Assembly (NCBI RefSeq): GCF_006345805.1
Contig: NC_043005.1
Location: forward strand, 17,484,001 to 17,548,000
Length of the DNA stretch: 64,000 bases
Reading direction: 5' to 3'
DNA from: Octopus sinensis
Lineage: Eukaryota
Part shown: in pieces, positions 54,242 to 64,000 of the stretch
Numbering within the stretch: the first letter of the stretch is position 1
How the letters are laid out: each line of letters starts with the position of its first letter
The notes under the pieces: model-generated
What the model saw: only the letters and a program-made list of their open reading frames with translations
Told to the model about the DNA's origin: nothing
Databases searched by the model: none
Translations under genes and position numbers: made by a program

Positions 54242-54335
54242 CCAGAATCATGAAGATATCATTGACACGGTGCCCTGATAGTGCTGACGTCTCCACAAAC
54301 ATCAGCTTCTGTTCTTCAGCATACCTGCGGGCCTC
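54242..54335 (-). CDS. Rab5-like GTPase coding exon 4 (94 nt; G5 ETSAL)
   Basis: cag|EARRYAEEQKLMFVETSALSGHRVNDIFMIL|gtaagt. Confidence 0.9.
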
Positions 54336-56555
54336 CTGTTGGATAAAACCAAAAACATAGAGTTATATTTGGGGCTTTGAGAGTATCCATAGTGTTAAGC
54401 TACACAGGATAACTATGTTGAGTCGCACAGAATGTAAATTGCTATTGTGCCACTTATTAACCCTTTCGTTACCAACCTGGCTGAAACTGGCTCTGGCTCT
54501 GAGTACAAATGTCTTTTTTTCTTAAGTTTGGAATTAAAATCTTCCACCAAACCTTAGTCACAATTTATGTTCCTGACACTAGCTGAATGATAACTAAGTT
54601 ATTTTACTAAATTCTTAGTTATATTTAAAGTAACTGAAAGAAACACAGCATCTCAAAATAAATACAGTAAATGAAAGGTTTAATATTACGTGTGCTAGTT
54701 CATTTCCACTCCTTTATTATTAATCAGTCAGTTGTATATCTATCCAACTAATGAATTCACATAAAGAATCTTGTGAAAGAAATACAAAAATGAAGTATAC
54801 ACACATACAATCCTCATCAGTTTATATCCACTCTCCATCATGAATCTAACACACTGGGTGACTACACCTTACACTTATATCTCAATTTTAAGACGATCTC
54901 AATAGCTGGATGCCTTAACTCACAAAAAGTACTTTACAGAGTAAGCTGGGTGCATTTTTCTTGGCACCTGCACTATGAAGGTTGCCTTACCCTCAGCAAG
55001 GCCAAACAGTCTTTCTGATTTATTTCTGTTTGATCCACCAACCTCTTTACAGAATGAACTGAGTGATTTTTCATAGCACCAACGCTGGTGCAGTGACCTT
55101 GTAACTGACAAAACTCAAGGTCCACTATAGCTGAAAGGGAGAATAAGAGAGAGAGAGTGGGAGGAGAGAGAGATGGCTTTAAGAGACTGTGGTGGAGGAA
55201 AGAGTAGCACTGTAAGAAAGAGATAGAGGAACAGAGTAATAAATATGACGGGGTGGCTTGGGTAGGCTGAATTTCAGTGCTAGCCCATCTTTATATGGGT
55301 GAATATAAGCAGTTAGAATAGGTTGGTGGGGGATTGGTGTGTGAAAGAGAAATATGCGAGAGATGAGGAGCTAGCAAAGCTGTGAAGGTAAAGCAGTGAA
55401 AAAAGAAAGATGAAAGTGTCATGGAGATGGAAGATGAGAGAATATGAAAGGTATTATTGAGGTGGTGGAGAAGCCATGTAAAGAGGACAACAAGTGACCG
55501 CAATGCAAGAAGGTATCACAGAGATGCGAAGAGGGGAACAGACGATGAGCACAGTCACTATTTATTTTAACTTTCTTCTTGCTTTGCTTGCCTGAGACTG
55601 CCATACTGGCATGGGTTGGCTAGTTTGACCAGAGCTGGCAAGCTGGAGAGCTGTGTCAGGTTCCAGTCTTATTTAGCTTGGCTCTCATGACTGGATGATC
55701 TTCCTAATGCCAACTACTTTACATTCTGGGCTGAGTGCTTTTAACTTGCCACCAGCATAAGCATTTTTACAGGGCTCCAATATAAATACTTTTAGGTGGC
55801 ACTAGCATGAGTGCTTTTTATGTGGCTCTGACACAGGACTCTTGGAGGCCAATCCTTTTCACAAGGGGAGGCAGCCTGGTATAATATCTATTAACCCTTT
55901 TGTTACCAACCCGGCTGAGTACAAATAAATACTCTGAGTACAAATAAATACAAATAAACTTGTTTTCATAAGTTTTGAATTAAAATCTTCCACCAAACCT
56001 TAGTCACAATTTATGTTCCTAACATTAGCTGAATGATAACTAAGTTATTTTACTAAATTCTTAGTTATATTTAAAGTAATTGAAAGAAACACAGAGCATC
56101 TCAAAATAAATATGGTAACGAAAGGGTTAAATAACTAAGAAGCCAATGAAACAATTGTAAATGAAAGGAATAAACATCTATTCTCTGACCTCACTTATCT
56201 TATCTGTTCTCTCCATTGTAACTACTGGATTTTCAGAACGATGTAAAAGTTTATCTTTACCTCAGCCATAGTCATTCTTAGTGTTTGTCATACACTTAGC
56301 CAAGAGCTTATTGTAAGATCTGTTTGATTCTTTGAATATCATAACTAGAAATACACACACACACACACACACATACACATACACACACATACACCCATAT
56401 ATATACTCACACATTAACACATATTCACACAATCACCACATGTGTGTGTGTGTGTGTATGTGTGTGTCAATAATGAGTTTATGTATATGCAGGGCATGCT
56501 AACACCTTAGCATGTTTAAATGAAAAGCAATGTCCCTATCTCTCTCTTTCACATG

Positions 56556-56609
<54 letters not shown>

Positions 56610-56664
56610 CACAAACACAAGAAGAAAAGGAAAACATAAATCCACAAAGACACATTTTTCCCAC

Positions 56665-56787
56665 CTCAACTGTGATTTCTCTCTCATCTGCACAGTCTGC
56701 CTTGTTCCCAGCAAGGGCCACTAAAATGTTGGGGTTTGCCATTTGGCGTAGTTCCTTTATCCACTCCTGGGCCCGGACAAATGTGAA
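56665..56787 (-). CDS. Rab5-like GTPase coding exon 3 (123 nt; G4 NKAD)
   Basis: cag|FTFVRAQEWIKELRQMANPNILVALAGNKADCADEREITVE|gt. Confidence 0.93.
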
Positions 56788-57849
56788 CTGCAATAAAGAA
56801 ACATCATTAGAAGTTCAGTTCTATATTTAAGAGATGAGGAATTATATACATTATTTTTTTTTTTATTTATTCATTTGTTTCAGTCATTTGACTGTGGCCA
56901 TGCTGGAGCACCGCCTTTAGTCGAGCAAATCGACCCCAGGACATATTCTTTGGAAGCCTAGTACTTATTCTATCAGTCTGTTTTGCCAAACCGCTAAGTT
57001 ACAGGGACGTAAACACACCAGCATCGGTTGTCAAGCGATGTTGGGGGAGGGGGGCAAACACAACACACAAACATACACATATATATATATACATATATAC
57101 GACGGGCTGTTTTCAGTTTCCGTCTACCAAATCCACTCACAAGGCTTTGGTCGGCCCGAGGTTATAGCAGAAGACACTTGCCCAAGGTGCCATGCAGTGG
57201 GACTGGACCCGGAACCATGTGGTTTGTAAGCAAGCTACTTACCACACATCCACTCCTACGCCTATTATTTACATTATTTACATTCGACGGATATTTGTCC
57301 TCATCTATATTTGTCATCAAATATCCGACTAATGTAAATAATGTATGTCATTAGAAGTTATTTACAAGACCGAGAAGACAAAGCATTCTGTTCAGATCCA
57401 GCTAAGTGCGGGATGTCTAAAAGAGCAGGATACGCATCTTGTCCATACTGGCATGAGTTGGGTAGGCGATTACAGTTCAAGTCAGTTTTTACTTGGAGTT
57501 ATTACCTTCTTAGTTGGCTCAGAGACTACACGTCATTTAAATATTCTACTTTGGGTAATTTTTTATGGCTAGATGCTCTCCCAAACAGAGAGTTTTGAAT
57601 ATATTTCACAGGCGCAGGAGTGGCTGTGTGGTAAGTAGCTTGCTAACCAACCACATGGTTCTGGGTTCAGTCCCAATGCGTGGCATCTTGGGCAAGTGTC
57701 TTCTGCTATAGCCCCAGGCCAACCAATGCCTTGTGAGTGGATTAGGTAGACAGAAACTGAAAGAAGCCCGTCGTATATATATATATATATATGTATGTGT
57801 GTTTGTGTGTCTGTGTTTGTCCCCCTAGCATTGCTTGACAACCGATCTA

Positions 57850-58355
57850 GTTAACAACCAAGTCTATTACAAAGATCGACCCACTACCCTCTTTGGGCCC
57901 AGAGTAGAAGGCAGTTTTTCTCTGTGGCTAAGGTGAAAGAAGTAATGTGGTGGATGAGGTTGAAAGAACTGAAGACAACTACTTTCTGCTTTGGCCAAGC
58001 CCTCATTGACTTTTTCAAATTCCACTTGAAAAAGAAAGTGAGAATGGAGAGAGAAGTACTGCTCCCAAGTATTTTTATTGAAAGATCAGTGAATGTGGCC
58101 AGGATGGCCTGTGTGAATGGGCCTACTCTGGAGGAGGAGCTGAGAAAGAGAGAGGCACCTGCAGTTGAGGTAGCCAGGATGTGTAGGGTACCATGGTTGT
58201 CCCTGGGTGAAACACCCCTTCTTTTGGGGAACTTTATTGCTAATTATTCTTGTCTCAGTTTTATACACAAAGTTTTGTTCTAATCCCCACTTGTCCCTTG
58301 TGTTGTATTGTCCTGTTTTATTTTGTGTTAGGCCCTTATGACCAATAAAGAAAAC
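57850..58355 (+). mobile_element. Tx1/L1-like LINE 3' end (diverged)
   Basis: Similar to the reverse complement of 43622-44200. Ends TGTGTTAGGCCCTTATGACCAATAAAGAAA. Confidence 0.55.
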
Positions 58356-58609
58356 ATTATTATTGTTATTGTTGTTGTTGTTGAGTGAGAGAGTAGCACA
58401 TGCCATCAAAGTGACACTGGGGTACAAATATAAGAAGCCCCATGTACCTCTCATGACTACCTGTCTGATAAGGGTACACAGGCACATGCATCACAACCAT
58501 ATGTGTGCGACATGGTGATCTCATTTCATGATAAATGCGCATGACCTTGTAGTTAGAATTTTCTTCAGGTCAAGTAGCCCATCCTACTCAAAAGGGCCCT
58601 GGATAATTA

Positions 58610-58852
58610 TTATTTATTGTCTTTGCACAGCTTCTAATGCTAGAGATGTCCTACAGTGCCAGCTGTTCACTACCAGTGAACTAAGGTAACATCCCTTATT
58701 TTTCAAGCACCATCTGGCATATTCGAGCAGTTCCAAGAAGTGCTGTTTTCTGCAAGTGTTCCACCCTTATAGCAGTCCCTATTTGTTCCATATACTTCTC
58801 AAGATTTATCCACTGTTTCAAGGGCTCCGACAATTATTGGTACTACTACAAC
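58610..58852 (-). mobile_element. R4/Dong-like 3' fragment within (TAA)n
   Basis: Reverse translation VVVPIIVGAL..LQKTALLGTARI..VLEK*. ATT repeats lie on both sides. Confidence 0.7.
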
Positions 58853-58854
58853 TA

Positions 58855-58904
<50 letters not shown>

Positions 58905-59730
58905 TCCACCTTAGCAAAGGCAGAGGTATTCTTTTCAGTTATGTTTGTTTGTTTGTTTGTCCGTGGACAACCTATCTCAAGAATAGCTGGATGGATTCAG
59001 ACAAAACCTTCAGAGATGTTTGGCCTCATGACAGGCATGAACTGATTAGATTTTGGGATCGATCCAATGCCAGACAAGGATTATGGATTATTTGTTATAT
59101 TTACTTTACATGATTATGATCTTATGTTGACCTTCAAGTCTTTCTTTTAGGCTGTTTCCAAAGTTTTATTTTCATTTCTCAATCATTAATTTTACTTGCA
59201 TCTCTATCTTAGTAGAAACTGACAGATAGAGAAATCAAACTACATAAACAAACAACAGCAAAACTGTTCAGAAATTAAATAACACAAACATATTTTTATA
59301 ATATATACATTATATATTGTACATACATATTAACACTTTACAATATAATTACATATATATATATATATACATCTATACATTGATCTAAAACAAAAGGAAT
59401 ACTAAAGGAAGGCTGGAATTTAAGAGAAGAGAAAGCCAAAAGGTCTCATGCTATTCATTTAAAAATTCTTGAGTAGAACTCATTATTATTACCTCTGCCT
59501 TTGAAACTATTTTGAACAGTGAATTTGTTAGTTTTGGCTTGTATTAGATAAGGTTAAACTATTTATTACTGTTACTAAATTTTCTATAGGTGCCTTCACA
59601 TTCCATGACTACCATTGGGATCAATCAGATACTAGACAAGGGTTCTGGATTATTTTTCTGGTTTTTTTAGAGCATGGTCGGGTTCATTTTTAGTATTCTC
59701 GTTTGTGAGAGCAGTCGAGTTTATTTCAGA

Positions 59731-60128
59731 CTAGCAGTATCGCCCAGCGTTGCTCGGGTTTGTAAGGGAAATAACTATATAAGCATTTTTAGAGATGTAA
59801 AGTATAATAGCCATCTCAATATGGCTAACCACAAAGGGGGGGAGTGTTACTGTAGCTTTTTACGTTCTGAGATTTAATAATAAATTTTTAGAGAGTTACT
59901 TCCCTTATATATGCCAAAAATGCATTAAAAATGGGAAAAATTGATGGTAAATCTTTTTTTAAATCGTAGACTCATCGTAGATGCGCGCTAATACCCAGAA
60001 GGGCTCGATATGAATCATGACTATAAGATACTCGGTTTTGGTTAAACTGCACCGCAAAATGTGGGAGTAGTTAGGAATCTAAATCATAGGAGACAGACGG
60101 CACACAACCTCACTTTTATATATAAAGA
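59731..60128 (-). mobile_element. Non-autonomous Helitron (same family as 45391-45791)
   Basis: TC start, hairpin and CTAG end on the minus strand. Confidence 0.85.
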
Positions 60129-60299
60129 TATTCTCATTTTAAAAATCATCTCTGGCTAATCGTTGAGAGGACGCTAATGTTGCCTTGGTGGAGGTTTCTG
60201 CTCTCCGAGTGCTCTCATTATTATTATTATTACTATTATTATTAATATTAGTATTATTAGTATTATTATATATTTAAGTACATTTCTTAACCCACTCAC

Positions 60300-60451
60300 C
60301 TTTTTGGTGATATCATAAACAACAATAGCAACCTGGGCCCCTCTGTAGTACATCGGTGCCAAACTGTGGTAGCGTTCCTGCCCTGCTGTGTCCCAAATAT
60401 CAAACTTTATTTGACGACCTTTTACAATTATTGTTTTGGTGAGATATGCAG
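60300..60451 (-). CDS. Rab5-like GTPase coding exon 2 (152 nt; G3 WDTAGQE)
   Basis: cag|[51 protein letters not shown]|gtgagt. Confidence 0.95.
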
Positions 60452-60829
60452 CTGGAAAACAACAACATACAACAACAGCTACAATATCAACAACAACAGT
60501 CACAAAGGCAACAACAACAACAACTACAACAACAATAGCAGCAGCAACAGCAGAGGCTTCTAAATAGTCACTCAATCTTCTAGAAATGACAGCTAGATCT
60601 CACTGAAACCACACTCTATGAGCTTAAATAAGCAAAGGGAACATGAGATAAAGAAATCCAAGATATATTCCTGAAGAGGATGATTGGGTGGTCACAGGTG
60701 GATTGACTTTAATCACACCATATTTTACGCCATACAAGTCAAACTTTTCTAACCATAATTTACAGCCAAAAAAATCAGTATTGATCTGAAGTTAAACAAC
60801 AACAACAACAGTAACAATAACAAAAACAA

Positions 60830-61213
60830 TGGAAGCACTCCGTCGGTTATGACGACGAGGGTTCCGGTTGATCCGAATCAACGGAACAGCCTGCTCGTGA
60901 AATTAACATGTAAGTGGCTGAGCACTCCACAGACACATGCACCCTTAACGTAGTTCTCGGGAATATTTAGCGTGACACAGAGAGTGACAAGGCCGGCCCC
61001 TTGAAATACAGGTACAACAGAAACAGGAAGTAAGAGTGAGAGAAAGTTGTGGTGAAAGAGTACAGCAGGGATCACCACCATCCCCTGCTGGAGCCTTGTG
61101 GAGCTTTAGGTGTTTTCGCTCAATAAACACTCACAACGCCCGGTCTGGGAATCGAAACCGCGATCCTATGACCGCGAGTTCGCTGCCCTATCCACTGGGC
61201 CATTGCGCCTCCA
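60830..61213 (-). mobile_element. SINE family C
   Basis: Reverse complement of 46017-46400. Confidence 0.88.
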
Positions 61214-62046
61214 CTACAAAAACAATAGCAGTGATACAACAACAACACAAACTACAATAGCAACAACAACAGAAGCTGCAACACAAGGACAGCGACAACA
61301 ACATTAACAAGAACAAGCAGCAGTTACAACAATAGCAACTGCAGCGACACCAGGCAGCCAGCAATAAGCACAACAACAACAACAACAGCAGTGACGAATT
61401 ATGCAATAATTTCTATCTTTTATTTATTTCAGACATTGAACCGTGGCCATGCTGGGGCACTGCCTTGAAGTTGTTTGGTCTAACAAATCAACTCTGGTGC
61501 TTAATTTTTTTTTAAAAGTATTCTTTTATTCTTTTATTTGTTTCAGTCATTTGACTGTGGCCATGCTGGAGCAACACCTTCAGTCAAGCAAATCAACCCC
61601 AGGACTTATTCTAATGGTCTATTTTGCTGAACTGCTAAGTTACAGGGATGTAAACACACCAGCATCAGTTGTCAAGCAATGCTGGAGGGACAGACACACA
61701 AACATATAAAATAACCCATGCTAGCATGGACAATGGACGTTAAACAATGATGATGATGATGATGATGATATATATATATATATATATACACACACATACG
61801 ACAGGCTTCTTTCAGTATCTGTCTACCAAATCCACTCACAAGGATTTGGTCAGCCCAAGGCTATAGTAGAAGACACTTGCCCAAGGTGCCATACAGTGGG
61901 ACTGAATCCAGAACCATACAGCCACAGTATTGATTCTTATCAATCTTTTTTGCTGAAATGCCAAGATACAAGGAAATAAGCCAAACAACACTAGTTATTA
62001 AGTGTGAGGTGGAGGAACACAACCACAACACACACTTTCTTACATA

Positions 62047-62078
<32 letters not shown>

Positions 62079-63200
62079 AATATATAGCCCTAACCCTAAC
62101 CCTCATTCTATGATGTAGAAAATTTTTTAATAAAAGTGTTTTAGATGTGAATTTCCTTGTATCTTGTCCTTTGGCAGCAGCCATGCTGGAGAACTGCCTT
62201 AAAGGGTTTTAGTCAAAGAAACCAACCACAAGTCTTACTCTTTGTAAGCTCGATACTTATTCTATCAATCTCTTTTGGCAAACCAAGAATTTATGGGGAC
62301 ATAAACACACCAGAATTGGTTGTGAAGCAATGGCAGGGAGACAAACACAGACACACACATGAATACCCATGAATACACACATATATTAAAAGAATTAAAG
62401 GTAATGCTATGCAACTTCATAACAATCCTTATTATTGTCGCTGTTTAGTTACGTATTTAGGAGTTGGTTGTAATTTACTTATTGAATTTATTTACCGATA
62501 CTGTTGTACATAGGGTAAATGTGTTTGAAAGTTATGGATTCTTTGGTTTGTTTGTTTCCAAACAACAGTCATTTTAGTGCTGTTGACACCACTGGATTGA
62601 ACGGTACTGCCTAGGTGTCGAAACCATAATGATATCCGAGGGGCAGCTGATGATGGAGGTATTTTGGATTATTGGTATCGCTGTTTTTGTATATGTGGAA
62701 TAGTATCATTGGAGTGTTGGTATGGCTGTGAATAGTATCATAACACATCCTTTTGATATATATACAATGGGCTTCTTTCGGTTTCCATCTACCAAATCCA
62801 CTCACAAGGATTTGGTTGGCTGAAGACTATGGCAGAAGACACTTGCGCAAGGTGCCACACAGTGGAACTGAACTCAGAACCATGTGACTGGGAAGCACGC
62901 TTCTTACCACACAGCCACATATATGATGAGCATCTATTGGTTTCTATCTACCAAATCAATTCAAAAGGCATTGGACAGCCCAGGGCTGTAGTAGAAGACA
63001 CTTGCCCAACATGCCTTGCAGTGGGAGTGAACCCAAGACAACATGATTGAAAACCAAGTTTCCCTACCATACAGTCATGTCTGCACATATATATATCTAA
63101 CTTTGCAGGAAAAAAATCTAATTTTCTTTATATATAAACAAAAAACGAATATAAAAAAAAATGTTAACAAAAAAACTGAGAGCAAATATCATTACATTAC

Positions 63201-63360
63201 CTCCGATTGTAGCTTCTGTGCTTTCAAATGCTCCTTTGATAAAGCGAACCACTATACTGGACTTGCCAACTCCTTGGTCACCTAACAACACTATTTTGAC
63301 TAGATGAGCTGAAGGTGACTTCTGGCCATCACTGTTATTTCCCTTGTTCTTTGACGCCAT
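63201..63360 (-). CDS. Rab5-like GTPase coding exon 1 (160 nt; P-loop GDQGVGKS)
   Basis: [38 protein letters not shown]|gtaatg. An upstream CT tract and AG near 63410 suggest a further non-coding 5' exon. Confidence 0.93.
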
Positions 63361-63589
63361 CAGTGTCCACTATTAGTCAAATATTTCTGCAATGTCAACT
63401 GGATTAATTCTGGTTTAAAGAGAGAATGAGAGTGAGAGAGAGGAGGGAAGTGTGAGAGAGAGAAAGAAAGAGAGAAATAGAGAGGGAGAGAGAGAGAGAG
63501 AGAAAGAAAGAAAGTAATATAATTATTTGGTGGGGTACTGGCAAAACTTAGTAAAATCATTGGACAAAATTCTTGCAATATTTAGTTAC

Positions 63590-63826
63590 AGCGGCAACGA
63601 GCTGGCAGAATTGTTAGCATGCTGGGCGAAATGCTTAGCAGTATTTCACCTGCCACTACATTCTGAGTTCAAATTCTGCCGAGGTCGACTTTGCCCTTCA
63701 TCCTTTCGAGGTCGATTAAATAAGTACAAGTTATGCACTGGGGTCGATGTAATCGACTTAATCACTTTGTCTGTCCTTGTTTGTTCTCTCTATGTTTGTT
63801 CTCCCTTGTGGGCAATAAAGAAATAA
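63590..63826 (+). mobile_element. SINE family B
   Basis: Head, Nin-like core and CCCTTGTGGGCAATAAAGAAAT tail. Confidence 0.8.
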
Positions 63827-64000
63827 ATATTTAATTACAGCCTGTTATGTTCTGAGTTGAAATTCCACCAAAAGCATCTTTACTATTCGTCCTTCAAGAG
63901 TCAATGCAATAAAGTTCCAGGTGTATACAGAGGTTAACCAAATTGAATATACCTTTCCCTATATTTGAGATAATGTACTGATGTGAGAAATCAGCATTTT

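Noticed and set aside
62575-62685. GACACC/GGTGTC-GAAA-stem hammerhead-like fold
   Set aside because: The core reads CTGTTGA overlapping stem II and there is no convincing stem I.

Overview
Eukaryotic, AT-rich, microsatellite- and SINE-dense animal DNA. The repeat content looks like an octopus genome (inference, not database-checked). There is one 100-N gap and signs of 1-bp homopolymer indel errors. The one clear host gene is a divergent Rab5-subfamily GTPase on the minus strand with five coding exons (63360 to ~51139) and Rab5-type exon lengths of 160/152/123/94 nt. The rest is mobile DNA. A nearly intact Penelope-like element (PLE; RT plus GIY-YIG) with direct pseudo-LTRs spans 1-5236. Other elements are a CR1/L2-type LINE, Tx1/L1-like and R4/Dong-like 3' ends, a decayed Tc1/mariner with nested inserts, non-autonomous Helitrons, two MITE families and at least three tRNA-headed SINE families. 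Best candidates for novelty: (1) the PLE appears to have two ORFs, a coiled-coil/Pro-rich ORF1 overlapping an ATG-less RT-EN ORF2 in the -1 frame exactly at a T-TTT-TTA slippery heptamer (gag-pol-like frameshift); (2) nine minimal hammerhead ribozyme folds from several families, including U3-A8 core variants, mostly in short elements inserted in (TA)n and some in head-to-head foldbacks; (3) a Nin-type SINE sharing its 3' tail with a Tx1-like LINE; (4) two local templated insertions copied from decayed TEs 5-9 kb away. Most long ORFs in the track are microsatellite artefacts.
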